Assembly (NCBI GenBank): GCA_052279835.1
Contig: CP181291.1
Span: forward strand, 1-64,000
Direction: 5' to 3'
DNA length: 64,000 nt
Origin: Microcoleus sp.
GTDB lineage: Bacteria; Cyanobacteriota; Cyanobacteriia; Cyanobacteriales; Microcoleaceae
Shown here in pieces: positions 1-10,794 of this stretch (positions are counted from its first letter, which is position 1; each line of letters opens with the position of its first letter). The position numbers and the translations under genes are program-made. A model generated the notes under the pieces. It did not search any database. It was not told the DNA's origin and saw only the letters and a list, made by a program, of their open reading frames with translations.

Positions 1-636
1 ATTAATATAAGCTTGGGAATGGTATCTAATTCTAGCGAGTAACTCCACTTGATGCGGCAATTTTACCAAATAATCATTGGCTCCCAAGGAAAATGCTCGC
101 GCTTTCATTTCGGCTTCTTCTTTGCTGGAAAGCACGATCATAGGAATGTCTCGCGTCAAAGAATTCGCTCGGAAAAAACGCAACAATTGCAATCCATCTA
201 TTTCCGGCATTACTAAATCTTGGAGAATTACGGTTGGCTTTACCTCTAAGGCTTTATTAATTGCTTGAGCTGGATCGCTACAGTAATGAAAGATAATGTC
301 TTTTTCATGGGCGAGCATTCTGCTTACCGCCTCGCCGATCATTTCCTGGTCGTCAATAAGTAGAACTGTGACAGGATATGGTGTATGTTCTGTCACGTTG
401 GATGGCTTTTTGCTTTCTGAATTTAAGGGTGAATTTAAGTCAAGACGGTGGTGGCTGTTTTGGAACTCGATCTGGTTGGGATGTGGGATATCTCTTGGTG
501 TAACTGGGGGATTGCGACCATTTCCCCTATCTTTGAGCTTAAATGTTACCAAGTTGCCATTTAATTCTTGGCTTTCTAGTGGATTGATTGCGTCAGAGCG
601 ATCGAATTCAATAGTCCCAGAGTTGGTTAACTTCAT
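1..636 (-). CDS. WspR-like response regulator, 5' part only (receiver domain; output domain lies outside the window)
   Basis: Not in the ORF track. Translated by hand from ATG at 636 (in-frame TAG at 655-657 upstream): about 90-aa extension, then VLLIDDQEMIGEAVSRML...KPTVILQDLVMPEIDGL...RDIPMIVLSSKEE...GANDYLVKLP...ELLARIRYHSQAYIN. This closely resembles the Pseudomonas WspR receiver and lies downstream of a wspF-like gene. Confidence 0.85.
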   Translation of the reverse strand, partial: MKLTNSGTIEFDRSDAINPLESQELNGNLVTFKLKDRGNGRNPPVTPRDIPHPNQIEFQNSHHRLDLNSPLNSESKKPSNVTEHTPYPVTVLLIDDQEMIGEAVSRMLAHEKDIIFHYCSDPAQAINKALEVKPTVILQDLVMPEIDGLQLLRFFRANSLTRDIPMIVLSSKEEAEMKARAFSLGANDYLVKLPHQVELLARIRYHSQAYIN

Positions 637-1053
637 AATTGCATCAGACAACGGCTATTGTCTGCTGAGGGTTAAAGCTTCTACTTCATAAATTCATAAT
701 TATCAATAGCAACCCGGATGTTTGGCAGTAAGTTTACTCAGTAATAATACTAAATGTGTCCAGCTTTGACCGCTGATCTTTGTGAAATCTTTACAAATGT
801 TAGCGCGTTTGAGATATTTTGCCAAAGTTACGGGTGCTAGGTTTGGGAGCGACGGGCTTGGTGCTTTCTAGAATTTGCCTTGGCCGGGAAATTTGGAGAT
901 GCACCAGTGAATCTACGGTATTTAACAGTATAAAATTCACCATTAAATCGGGCGGAATTCTACAATGACATCATCTTCTAAGGGTACTCGATCTTTCATC
1001 GGTCATTGTGCTCAAGCTTCTAAGCAATATGGCTCAAACCTCTGGAAGAATTT

Positions 1054-2073
1054 CTACAATAGATGTTTGAGGCAGGCTGAGCCGATCGCCTCCAAGGACA
1101 AAATCTGTACTGCCGCATCTAGCTCTGCCGCCGCTTTTGGCATCCCGTAAACTACTGAGCTGTGGCGATCCTGGGCGATGGTGTGCCACCCCATTGCTCG
1201 CAAAACTTTCAGTCCTTTGGCACCGTCTTTACCCATACCTGTTAACAGCACTGCTACCCCTTTTCCCGGCCAGTATTGGGCTACACTATAAAAAAAACTG
1301 TCCACGGAAGGGCGGTAGGGATAGTCTGAGGGTTCTTTCGTATACTTAAGTGTAAGATTCGATTGTAATACCAAATGGTCGTTAGTGGCGGCAATTACCA
1401 CTTTACCGGGTTCCAGGGGGCGACCGGCGATCGCCACACTCACCGAAAACGGAGTTTTTTGACTCAGCCATTGGGCCAAGCCCGGAGCAAATTCAGCATC
1501 TATGTGTTGCACGATCGCCACAGGTACTGATAAATTTACTGGCAAAGCCGATAGCAAAGTTACCAAAGCCTGGGGACCACCAGTGGAAGAGCCGATCGCC
1601 AGCAACGGGGAATTCCGAGATTTAGGGCCAGCAGTTGGGGAGCGAGAATTATGGTTATTTTTGGCGATCGATCTAGCTACTTTAGAAATAGTTCTTAACA
1701 GCTCACTCCCCCCTGTTTGAGAATTGCCACTCGCTCCCAAAATCGGCGTATTAATAGCATCAAAAGCTCCATATCCCATCGCTTCAAAAACCCTGCCAGC
1801 ATTAGCTGTCACAGAAGAAGTGACCACCAGAATTGCACAGGGAGATTTCTGCATAATCTGTCGCGTCGCCTCCACCCCATCCATCACCGGCATAATCAAA
1901 TCCATCAAAATCAAATCAGGAGTATCGCGAGCACATTTTTCTACAGCCTGTGCGCCATTTCCAGCTATCCAAGCAATATCATACTCCGGTACTGTCACCA
2001 AAACTCGACGCAGCGCTTCGGCAGCAATTAGCGTATCATTAACTATAGCTATTCTCATCTTGATAGTGCCCAT
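1054..2073 (-). CDS. cheB: Chemotaxis methylesterase CheB/WspF (receiver + methylesterase)
   Basis: MRIAIVND receiver. Catalytic motifs [20 protein letters not shown] and YRPSVD. True start may be 2058. Confidence 0.95.
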   Translation of the reverse strand: MGTIKMRIAIVNDTLIAAEALRRVLVTVPEYDIAWIAGNGAQAVEKCARDTPDLILMDLIMPVMDGVEATRQIMQKSPCAILVVTSSVTANAGRVFEAMGYGAFDAINTPILGASGNSQTGGSELLRTISKVARSIAKNNHNSRSPTAGPKSRNSPLLAIGSSTGGPQALVTLLSALPVNLSVPVAIVQHIDAEFAPGLAQWLSQKTPFSVSVAIAGRPLEPGKVVIAATNDHLVLQSNLTLKYTKEPSDYPYRPSVDSFFYSVAQYWPGKGVAVLLTGMGKDGAKGLKVLRAMGWHTIAQDRHSSVVYGMPKAAAELDAAVQILSLEAIGSACLKHLL

Positions 2074-2095
2074 AGTTTACCTCAGTCAGTCATTA

Positions 2096-4975
2096 TTAAG
2101 GTTCACCGATTAAATCCACAACCGCATTTAACAGCGTATCATCGTGAAAACTGCTTTTAGTTAAATAATAATCTGCTCCCACAGATAAACCTCGCAGTCT
2201 ATCTTCCTGACGGTCTTTATAAGAAACAATAATTACCGGAATTGAATTTAAAGTAGCATGATTTTTAATCTGACTTACCAACTCGATGCCAGTCATTCCC
2301 GGCATATCCACATCACTGATTACTAAGTCGTACTGAGCGCTACGCAGAGCATTCCAACCATCTATACCATTGACAGCTATGTCTACTTTATATCCTTGAT
2401 TTTCTAAAATTTTTCGCTCAAATTCTCGGACTGTAATCGAATCTTCTACTATCAAAAGACGCTTGGCAATTTTTGAGTCATCAGTTTGGGTAGTTTCACT
2501 TACCTTCTTTAAGCTAGTTCTAGCTAGGAGTCGATCGGTCGATCGCACCAGATATTCAACATCAATAATCAGCACCGGCGAACCATCTTCCATGAAAGCA
2601 GCAGCACTGATATCTGGTATTTTACCCAAACGGGGATCTAAAGGTCTGACAACTAAATCCCGTTCGCCCAGAATTTTATCTACTGCTAAACCATAACTGT
2701 TCGAGCGAGCGCTGACAATAATCACCGGTAGCAAATCTAGTTTCCGATTAGGCGCCGCCAACTCCAGCACTTGATAAGCATTCACCAAACCAATATTTTC
2801 ATCATCTAAAGTAAAATACTGTCGATTTTCAGCGATCGCAATCTCAGAAGTTTCAACCAAAACCAGGCGATCGATCCGCGTCAGAGGAAAAGCATAAGGT
2901 TCCCCAGAAATTTCTACCAACAAAGTGCGAATTACTGACAGCGTTAGCGGCAATTGCAAGTAAAAACTCATACCTTTTTCCGGTTGAGATACAGCCCGGA
3001 GAATACCACCAACCTCCTGCACCATACTCTGCACAATATCCAACCCCACACCACGGCCAGAAATTTCAGTAACTTGACTAGCAGTAGAAAATCCCGGCAA
3101 AAACAGAAAATCCATCAATTCGGATTCTGTCAGTTTAGCAGCCATTTCTGCACTGACCATCTCTTTACTAACAATTTTTTCACGCAGTTTATCTAATTCG
3201 ATTCCCCTACCGTCATCCGAGACAACAATAGACAGCATCCCGCCACGGTGACTGGCTTCCAGCCTAATAGTACCTTGTGGGGATTTCCCCGCAGCCAAAC
3301 GCGCTTCGGGAGGTTCTATCCCGTGATCCAGAGCGTTCCGCAAAATATGAGTCAACGGTGCTTCTAATTTTTCTAAAATATCGCGATCGACTTGAGTTGA
3401 CTTACCAACAACTTCAAATTTTACTTGTTTGCTTAACTGTCTTGCTAAATCTCGGAGCATTCGCGGAAAACCTTGAATACCATCGGCGAAAGGTCGCATA
3501 TTACTAGCAATAACTTCTCGATACAAGCGCTCAGACAAATTAGCATAACGGCGCGAAAAAAACTCTAATTCATTAATTCTATCTGACAAAACATGGGAAC
3601 ATTCATTGGCGGCTTTTCTGGCGCTACTCAAATAATCCTCAGACCGCCTATCCAGCACCGTATCGCTTAAGGAATCCTGCAATTTTTCCAATAAACTATA
3701 TAGTTTATTTTGGTGTTTTCTCAGGATGGATAACGAATCTCCAAAGGGTTGCAGCCATTTAGTTTCTACTAAGGATTCGCTAGCTAAGCCCATAATTTTG
3801 TTTAAATTTTCGGCGTTGACTCTAATGGTTCTATCGGATTTTTTTGGCTGATTTTCTTTATTTTTGAATTTTAAATTTTCCGATTTCCCCCGGATTTTTT
3901 CGGGAGAATGCTGCTGTAAATCCAAGGTTGGTTCACCAGAATTTGAGGCAGGTTTTGCGTCTGGTAAGTCGGTCGATTGCTTAGTTGTTTTTGGTGGCTG
4001 GGATGCAGTTGTTTTGACATTGGTTTTTTTGCGAGATGCTTTTGAGGGAACTAATGTCGGCATTGCTGATTGTGAAATCAAATTTATAATGTTGACTATA
4101 TTATCTATTTCTGGCTCTATTTTAATCAGCCAATCTTCCACCTGTCTGGCAGGAATTTTCATAAGTGTTATAAAAATATTTACTCCGGCCAGCAGACTTT
4201 CAACTTGAATTTCATTTAAACTAGCTTTGTATTTTGCCACCGCCAACAATGTATTTTCTATGGCCAGCGCCAGTTTGATAATTTGATGGAAATGAAGTAT
4301 TTTAGCTGCACTTTGAATTAAATGAGCAGATTTGACTAGGGATTCTAAGTCTAAGTCTAAATTGAGATTGTTTTTGAGTAACAATAAATTTTCTTGTAAT
4401 AATAATGATTGAGATTCAACTTCTTCGACAAATAAAGATAGCATAGACAAATCAGTCTTAATTTGTCTATCTTCCCAAGTTTCATTAGTATTACTTAAAG
4501 GTAAATCTGGGATGACTTCTATCTCTACATTGTCGTCATTAGTAGTGGGTTTTGCTTCGGTTTTATTATTGATAATAGCTAAGATGAGAGTTTCTAGGTT
4601 GTCAATTTCCGACTGATGGGTAGAGAGCCAATTTTCGATTTCTGTGGCCGGTATTTGGCTGAGGCGGGAAAGTAAGTCGATCGCCCCTAGTATCACATCA
4701 ATTTTATCTGGTGAATCCAGGGCGATCGCCCCAGACTGAGCCGCCACAAAGCAATCTTCCATAACATGGGTGATTTGGACAGCAGCATCAAGTCCGACAA
4801 TCCGTGCAGCACCCTTGAGCGAGTGAGCCGCCCGCATCAAAGATTCTAGTTCAACAGGGGAATTGGGGTTATTTTCCAATGCCAAAATGTTCTCATTTAA
4901 TATCACTACTTGGGTTTCTGTCTCCATCCGAAATAAATCCATCATGGAGAAATCACTCATATCTCTATCGCTCAT
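2096..4975 (-). CDS. cheA: Hybrid CheA/WspE kinase (HPt, second HPt-like domain, HATPase, CheW, receiver)
   Basis: AAHSLKGAAR, HILRNALDHGIE, DDGRGI, GFSTASQVTEISGRGVGLD, LPLTLS, and a C-terminal receiver. Confidence 0.93.
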   Translation of the reverse strand: MSDRDMSDFSMMDLFRMETETQVVILNENILALENNPNSPVELESLMRAAHSLKGAARIVGLDAAVQITHVMEDCFVAAQSGAIALDSPDKIDVILGAIDLLSRLSQIPATEIENWLSTHQSEIDNLETLILAIINNKTEAKPTTNDDNVEIEVIPDLPLSNTNETWEDRQIKTDLSMLSLFVEEVESQSLLLQENLLLLKNNLNLDLDLESLVKSAHLIQSAAKILHFHQIIKLALAIENTLLAVAKYKASLNEIQVESLLAGVNIFITLMKIPARQVEDWLIKIEPEIDNIVNIINLISQSAMPTLVPSKASRKKTNVKTTASQPPKTTKQSTDLPDAKPASNSGEPTLDLQQHSPEKIRGKSENLKFKNKENQPKKSDRTIRVNAENLNKIMGLASESLVETKWLQPFGDSLSILRKHQNKLYSLLEKLQDSLSDTVLDRRSEDYLSSARKAANECSHVLSDRINELEFFSRRYANLSERLYREVIASNMRPFADGIQGFPRMLRDLARQLSKQVKFEVVGKSTQVDRDILEKLEAPLTHILRNALDHGIEPPEARLAAGKSPQGTIRLEASHRGGMLSIVVSDDGRGIELDKLREKIVSKEMVSAEMAAKLTESELMDFLFLPGFSTASQVTEISGRGVGLDIVQSMVQEVGGILRAVSQPEKGMSFYLQLPLTLSVIRTLLVEISGEPYAFPLTRIDRLVLVETSEIAIAENRQYFTLDDENIGLVNAYQVLELAAPNRKLDLLPVIIVSARSNSYGLAVDKILGERDLVVRPLDPRLGKIPDISAAAFMEDGSPVLIIDVEYLVRSTDRLLARTSLKKVSETTQTDDSKIAKRLLIVEDSITVREFERKILENQGYKVDIAVNGIDGWNALRSAQYDLVISDVDMPGMTGIELVSQIKNHATLNSIPVIIVSYKDRQEDRLRGLSVGADYYLTKSSFHDDTLLNAVVDLIGEP

Positions 4976-5056
4976 TTTTCCTCACTCCTATTTAATCTAA
5001 ATTCTCCCATCTCAACTGGTCATTTACCACATTCACGATGCCCTGTTTCCCATATT

Positions 5057-5725
5057 TTATATGATTTTATTATTCAAACTATCAAACAGCAAATCATCAT
5101 TCAGATAACAAACATTTTGACCTTGCCAAGTGATGATTCCCTTAGTATAAGTTTGAGGAACTTTAGAAACTGTAGCAGGGACATTTCTTAATTCTTCTAA
5201 ATTTATGCGGTGAATTCCGTGCATTTCATCCACCACAAACACCCAGCGACTACCTTCTTTCTCAACAACTACCATCCGTTCGTAAACAACCAGACTGACA
5301 TTCTTGCGGTGAGAATCTGCTGTTTCTAGTCCCAGAAGTGATGTTAAGGAAATGCACAATTGGAGTTCGCCGCGAATATTTACCAACCCAATAAGTATAG
5401 GATTGCTGCGGTGTGGCAAAGTGTGAGTCACAGATAGCTGTGTCACTTCTTTAAACAAGGCCGCTGGTAAAGCCAGCCATTCATCCCTGAGCCTAAAAAT
5501 ACCTACGGATATAGTATGTGTAGCAGTCTTAGGGTTAGTTACTTCTGGAGTCGAACGCAGTACCTGAGTCCACTCATCGAGATATCCCCCAGGTAATTCT
5601 TGTTCCAACAAACTCCTGCCACCGTCGGAATAAACAGGACAATTGCGACAGTGAATATATTTTTTTAGTTGGCGACAAGTGCGATCGCCCGCTATACCAA
5701 TTTGATTCCAACAATCATCAGTCAT
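5057..5725 (-). CDS. CheW-family adaptor, WspD type
   Basis: N-terminal CWNQIG-GDRTC-HCRNC motif typical of WspD, followed by a CheW core (LIGLVNIRGEL). Confidence 0.88.
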   Translation of the reverse strand: MTDDCWNQIGIAGDRTCRQLKKYIHCRNCPVYSDGGRSLLEQELPGGYLDEWTQVLRSTPEVTNPKTATHTISVGIFRLRDEWLALPAALFKEVTQLSVTHTLPHRSNPILIGLVNIRGELQLCISLTSLLGLETADSHRKNVSLVVYERMVVVEKEGSRWVFVVDEMHGIHRINLEELRNVPATVSKVPQTYTKGIITWQGQNVCYLNDDLLFDSLNNKII

Positions 5726-5739
5726 TCGATTTTACATTT

Positions 5740-7332
5740 TTACTTTAAAAAAGCTAGCATTTCGTGACGTAAACCGATGGTAGCCTCATTAACTTGCCCG
5801 ATCGCGCCATTGATTTCCCTGAGCGCCTCAGCCGTTTGCGAAGAAGCTTCACTCAACTGCACCATTGCTTCGCTGATTTGCACAGCACCCTGAGATTGTG
5901 CATCCATCCCTTCATTCACCTCTGCAAAACGGGGAGTGAGAGCTTGTACCCGTTGAATGATCGATTCTAACTGTAAACTAATACTTTGGACATCTTCCAC
6001 TCCCCGCCGCACTTGATTGGTAAACTTATCCATTTCCATGACACCAACTCCCACCGCCGATTGCATTTCTTTCACCATACTTTCAATATCCAAAGTAGCT
6101 ACTGCTGTTTGATCGGCTAGTCGGCGAATTTCTCTCGCCACCACTGCAAATCCTAGTCCGTACTCTCCCGCTTTTTCCGCTTCAATAGATGCGTTTAGGG
6201 ATAGCAAGTTAGTTTGATCTGCTACTTTAGTAATCGTGGTGATAATACTGTTAATGTTATTGGCTTTTTCAGTAATTGCTCCCAGTTTTCCTGATATGGT
6301 AATCGTGGATTCTGCTAATTTATTCATAGTGGATTCCATGCGCTGAATTTGTTCCTTGCCGCCCCCAGCCGATTGAGCAGCTTCCTGGGACATTTCTGCA
6401 ACTTCATCCATCGTTCTCGCCAGTTGCATCGCAGTGGCAGCAATTTCTTTCGCTGTAGCTACGACTTCATTGGTCGAGGCAAACTGTTGGTTCATGGTCG
6501 CTTCTAATTGTTTCCCCGAAGTAGCAATTTGGTTGGTAGAACCACTAATTTTAATTCCCGATAAATTCACTTGATTTTCTACAGTTTGGGAAATTGCTTT
6601 CGTGAGGAATACCCCGAACAGTCCCGCAGTCAGCGGCCCCAATATCATCCCCACAACCACCCAAAATGTAGTTTGATTAATATCCTGATTAGCTTCTATT
6701 TTGGCTTTTTCTGCTACATCTTCATTGATTTTTAGAATTTTAATTAACAAAGTAGTAAGTTCTTCAAAGGGCTGTTGATTAAGTTTAGCTTTGGCATTCA
6801 ATTGATTGTAAACTGCCCCCGCTTTTCGGGCTAGTTCCATCTCCGGTGATGCTGCTTTGCCTTGGTTCATCAGTTCTATCTGCCTTTTAAAAGGGTTAAT
6901 AATTCCTAAACTTTCAAAGGTATTATTAAGTTCTAAAAAAGCTTCATGGTTTTTTTTCCATATTTTCCATTTCTCCAGAAACTCTTTGTAGAGCTTGTCT
7001 TCTTCTGGTGTTCTGACCGCAGGTTCATACTGTTTAAAACCATCGTCAATCTGCTGCCATGCTTGCTGGATTTTGGTCAATTGAGCCGTTTTTCCGGCGG
7101 GAGTAATTTCTAAATCTAGCAAGGCTCTTTCTGAAGATTCAACTTGAGTTTTTCCTTCATTAATTTTCCACAAACCCAGCACACTTGGTAGGGCAATATT
7201 CGTAAAAGTATCAATATGTCCGGTGAGGCGAGCACTGCCTCTCCATCCGATTACAGCTACAGCTAAGACCAGGATAGCTAGAAAGATAAATGCAGCATTT
7301 AACCGCTTTTTGAAACTGAGATTGTTAAACAT
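5740..7332 (-). CDS. Methyl-accepting chemotaxis protein (WspA-like, four-helix sensor domain)
   Basis: Two TM helices. Signalling hairpin [34 protein letters not shown]. Confidence 0.93.
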   Translation of the reverse strand: MFNNLSFKKRLNAAFIFLAILVLAVAVIGWRGSARLTGHIDTFTNIALPSVLGLWKINEGKTQVESSERALLDLEITPAGKTAQLTKIQQAWQQIDDGFKQYEPAVRTPEEDKLYKEFLEKWKIWKKNHEAFLELNNTFESLGIINPFKRQIELMNQGKAASPEMELARKAGAVYNQLNAKAKLNQQPFEELTTLLIKILKINEDVAEKAKIEANQDINQTTFWVVVGMILGPLTAGLFGVFLTKAISQTVENQVNLSGIKISGSTNQIATSGKQLEATMNQQFASTNEVVATAKEIAATAMQLARTMDEVAEMSQEAAQSAGGGKEQIQRMESTMNKLAESTITISGKLGAITEKANNINSIITTITKVADQTNLLSLNASIEAEKAGEYGLGFAVVAREIRRLADQTAVATLDIESMVKEMQSAVGVGVMEMDKFTNQVRRGVEDVQSISLQLESIIQRVQALTPRFAEVNEGMDAQSQGAVQISEAMVQLSEASSQTAEALREINGAIGQVNEATIGLRHEMLAFLK

Positions 7333-7420
7333 TTTTTATGCCTATCTTGTGAATTGTAATCTATTATTATTAATAGCCAGTGCTGGGTAGCAATGGTTTA
7401 GTTGAGAGATAGCTATCAGG

Positions 7421-8731
7421 CTATTTTTCTAGACGCTGGATGCGCTGGCGAAGGATAGTTGCACCGCGAATATCTCCGCGTTCTTCTTTGAGCAAAGCTA
7501 GGTGAATTAGTGCTTCATAGTGATTTGGTTGGAGGTAGGTTGCTTTTTGGAAAGATTGTTCTGCTTGGAAGCGATCGCCTGTGGCTTGGTAGATTTCACC
7601 TAATAACACGTAAGCGTCAGCATTGGTGGGATTTTGACTGAGATAAGTTTGGCACAGTTTGGTTGCTTCTGGCAATTCTCCCCGATCGGCTAAATGACGG
7701 GCTGTGTCTAAATCCGCCTTTGCCGGCTGGGTATTTGCTGTTTCCGGTGCGATCGATCGAACCGACAACATCTCGGAAGCATCGCCACCGACAAATTTTC
7801 CCTGGGAAGTGGAGAATCTACTTGGCCAACTTGGGGATGTATTACTTCTACTTTCAGCACCTTTCGATTCCCGAACAAATTCTGAAATATTCGTTTTGTT
7901 TGTATCTTTTTTTACTAGCACAGATGCGCGATCGGCCATGTCTGTTTTGCGGTAAGCAAATGCTAGCGGGTGGCGCACCGAAGCAAATTCGGGAGGCAGT
8001 TTTTGTCCGCTTTCCGAGTGACCTAAAAACAAGATGCCAGGTGTTTTCAACCAGGTATTCAACAATTGAATTGTTTGATTAATACTGGACTGATCTAGAT
8101 AAATTAACAGGTTTTTACAGAAAATTAAATCGTAATAATTAGGGGGAATTAAACAATTAGGTTCTCGGATATTAGCTTGAATAAAATTAACTTTTTGTTT
8201 GACGAATTCCTGCAAGTGATACAAATCTCCGGTGTTCGTAAAATAGCGTTCCCGAAAGTCTAAGTTTTGGCCGCGAAAAGAGTTTTTACCATAAATTCCT
8301 TGCTGGGCAACTTGGAGAGCAACTTTGCTGATGTCTGCGGCATCGATGCTGAAGTTGAAGGAACTTAAACCAGCTTCTAGCAGGGCGATCGCGATCGAAT
8401 AAGGTTCCTCCCCTGTAGAACAAGGAAAGCTCAACACGCGGAGGGTTTTGCCGAGATTTTTTGGCCACCACTCAGAAATCACGTAGTTGCTCAAAAAAAC
8501 AAAGGGTGCTCGATCGCGAAAAAACCAAGTTTCCGGTATGACTACAATCTCTATTAATTCTTGCAATTCCTGGGGCGAAGACTGCAATCTTGTCAAGTAG
8601 ATATTGATGTCTGTTAAACCGCCATCGGCCATGCGTCGCTGCACCGCCCTAGTAATGGTACTAGAACCAATTGTCATGGCATCCAAGCCAATTTTTTGTC
8701 TGAGTAAAGCTTCAATTGCTGCTTGTGTCAT
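7421..8731 (-). CDS. cheR: CheR methyltransferase with C-terminal TPR (WspC-like)
   Basis: ETWFFRD, CSTGEEPYS, IFCKNLLIY, LFLGHSE and TPR repeats. Confidence 0.92.
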   Translation of the reverse strand: MTQAAIEALLRQKIGLDAMTIGSSTITRAVQRRMADGGLTDINIYLTRLQSSPQELQELIEIVVIPETWFFRDRAPFVFLSNYVISEWWPKNLGKTLRVLSFPCSTGEEPYSIAIALLEAGLSSFNFSIDAADISKVALQVAQQGIYGKNSFRGQNLDFRERYFTNTGDLYHLQEFVKQKVNFIQANIREPNCLIPPNYYDLIFCKNLLIYLDQSSINQTIQLLNTWLKTPGILFLGHSESGQKLPPEFASVRHPLAFAYRKTDMADRASVLVKKDTNKTNISEFVRESKGAESRSNTSPSWPSRFSTSQGKFVGGDASEMLSVRSIAPETANTQPAKADLDTARHLADRGELPEATKLCQTYLSQNPTNADAYVLLGEIYQATGDRFQAEQSFQKATYLQPNHYEALIHLALLKEERGDIRGATILRQRIQRLEK

Positions 8732-9216
8732 TTGGCTGGCGGTAGCAGTAAATAAGTTTTTTGAGCTTCTGACAGCAGATGTTCTACTCTAAGAAATTGA
8801 ATCATACCGCGATCGTCAGTAATTATTTCTCCTAAATAAGGAGTGCTGTCAACCTTAAGGCTGGGACTAAGAAATTCTGTTTCAGGTTTCTTGAGAGTTT
8901 CTGTCATCCGTTCTGCTATCAGTCCTAAAATGAGAGGCCCGTGTAAAATATCACCATTACTCTCAGTAGTATCTGGTAATTCGCAATTGACTAAGACAAT
9001 GCGAGTGCTCAGGTAAGCACGGGCTGGTTTACCTTGTATCATTTGGCATAGATCGATCGCTGGTACTAGGTGTCCCCGGTAGTTAAACAAACCGGGAATG
9101 TATTCTGGCGCCGCGTGGAGTTTTTGGAGAGTGACAGTGGGCACTACTTCAATCACGCGCTTGGTATCCAGGGCGTAGCGATCGTGGTCCCCTACATAAA
9201 ACAGCAACATCAACAT
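8728..9216 (-). CDS. CheW-family adaptor, WspB type
   Basis: RYALDTKRVIEVVP...GLFNYRGHLVPAIDL. 4-bp overlap with cheR. Confidence 0.88.
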   Translation of the reverse strand: MLMLLFYVGDHDRYALDTKRVIEVVPTVTLQKLHAAPEYIPGLFNYRGHLVPAIDLCQMIQGKPARAYLSTRIVLVNCELPDTTESNGDILHGPLILGLIAERMTETLKKPETEFLSPSLKVDSTPYLGEIITDDRGMIQFLRVEHLLSEAQKTYLLLPPAK

Positions 9217-9325
9217 AATTCAACCAGAGAAAAAATCAGTCCAAAGGTGAGTTTTATCAAATTTTTTGGTTTTTGGGAATTCTAAAGTTATCTTATAAAA
9301 AACTGTATTTTCAGGAGAATCTACA

Positions 9326-9670
9326 ATGGGTTGGTTCAAAAGACTGTTCGGACTTGAAAAGCCTCAACCCCAGGCTCAGCCGATGACACAAGTAGTGCAG
9401 CAAGCGGCACAGTCCCAATCGATCGCTCCTGCGAAGGTAGGTCCAGACGGGAATTTTGACGAAAGCGGGCTCGCAAAGCGAGTTGCTTTAGCTTTTGACG
9501 AAGACTCCGAAGTTGCTGATATTGACTCCGTATGGGTGGCTCAACTCAGCGGTACGGTGGTTCTCAAGGGCCAGGTTCCCAGTCAAGAAATTCTCGACAA
9601 GTTAGTGAAGATCGCCTCTGCCGAAGAGGGCGCCACGGGCGTGCAAACCGATCAAGTAACAGTGGGCTAG
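9326..9670 (+). CDS. BON-domain (phospholipid-binding) protein
   Basis: GLAKRVALAFD...VVLKGQVPSQE...VQTDQV. AGGAG RBS upstream. Confidence 0.8.
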   Translation: MGWFKRLFGLEKPQPQAQPMTQVVQQAAQSQSIAPAKVGPDGNFDESGLAKRVALAFDEDSEVADIDSVWVAQLSGTVVLKGQVPSQEILDKLVKIASAEEGATGVQTDQVTVG

Positions 9671-9776
9671 AGGCTTTTCTCTGAGCTGTGTTACCCCTAA
9701 CTTCCTATTTTAACGAAACCACTAGGAAGTCACCTATTGATTGACTGAGGGTCGATCGACCCCCAGCAAACCCTTA

Positions 9777-9802
9777 GAGCCCGCTACAGCGGGCTTTTTT
9801 TT
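9777..9802 (+). terminator. Intrinsic terminator
   Basis: AGCCCGCT-AC-AGCGGGCT hairpin followed by a T run. Confidence 0.75.
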
Positions 9803-9954
9803 GCGGTTTGGCAGCTTAAATATTAAGTTTTGTTAATTTTCCTGGTTATTTGGGAAAACGGTAAAATACAATACAGAAAGTAAGAGTTTTTTGAATAACC
9901 AAAAGCAAACCAGAGCTGACTACCCTTTTTATCGACCTATAAGGATCAAAAAAT

Positions 9955-10353
9955 ATGAAACTCGCTTATCGCGGTGCTAACTACGACTACGACATTCCGA
10001 CAGTTGATATGATTGAAGGCTCCGTAGCGGGCAAATATCGGGGTCAAAACTGGAACTATCGTTATCCAAGACATATTCCGATGCCTCAGCACCCCCAGGA
10101 TTTGCAGTACCGTGCCGCACACTACAGGAGCGATCGACCATCTCCGAAAATTGAAGAGGACGTAGCGGTTGATACCGCAGCCACGATGGCGATCGCAGCG
10201 GCTCCATCCTATCCAAAAGCTGAGGAAGTGGCAACAGTCCACCGGGCGCATATCTGCAATATTCTCGATCGCAGACAGCAAGTAGCCAGAGCCAAAGGTG
10301 ATGAAAGACTGCTGCGCTTGCTAGAAATTGAGTGGAAGCAGATGGCTTGCTAG
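9955..10353 (+). CDS. DUF4278-family protein
   Basis: MKLAYRGANY start, repeated YRG motifs, and a C-terminal RxQVARAKGDxxLLxxLExE tail. Confidence 0.8.
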   Translation: MKLAYRGANYDYDIPTVDMIEGSVAGKYRGQNWNYRYPRHIPMPQHPQDLQYRAAHYRSDRPSPKIEEDVAVDTAATMAIAAAPSYPKAEEVATVHRAHICNILDRRQQVARAKGDERLLRLLEIEWKQMAC

Positions 10354-10424
10354 AGAAAAAGCTCAGAAAGTCGAATATTTGTGAAGAGGGGGAAGTTGAA
10401 AAGAGTTCAATTTCCCCTTTTTAA

Positions 10425-10622
10425 CTACTTGTTACTACGATTAGCTTTGAGGACTAACTCAATACCTTGAAAGATCATTCCCTGGATAATATCAAGGGTG
10501 GGTTTACCAGATCGCACATCGAGATTTCCCTTGAGGCCGATAATGATGGCTTGCAGGATAAATGCGATCGCGATCGCATGGCGGATGAACTTTTGTCGAT
10601 CGCTTTGGCTGTTGTTTTTCAT
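10425..10622 (-). CDS. Small hypothetical membrane protein (65 aa)
   Basis: One hydrophobic segment; divergent from the NACHT gene. Confidence 0.45.
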   Translation of the reverse strand: MKNNSQSDRQKFIRHAIAIAFILQAIIIGLKGNLDVRSGKPTLDIIQGMIFQGIELVLKANRSNK

Positions 10623-10794
10623 GTTCGGAACCTTGTTTGATTAACCACATCAACAGGTTCTCTTTGGGGTTGTAAGCTTAATCAAGTCGTAGCGATCGCA
10701 GCGAAAAGTCTTGTAGAATCTGGATAGTAGGGGTTTGGGGTGGTAGAGATAATTTGGGGTAGCCCCAAACTTTGTGGTAATTTTTTGGACTTCT

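Noticed and set aside
77..691. Plus-strand ORFs 77-268 and 296-691
   Set aside because: Antisense shadows of the WspR-like receiver gene.
965..1150. 61-aa plus-strand ORF
   Set aside because: Overlaps the cheB 3' end in antisense and has no recognisable motif.
9803..9954. Glutamine riboswitch upstream of DUF4278
   Set aside because: The conserved CGTTCA...GGAAG...GAAGGAACG-type core is not visible.
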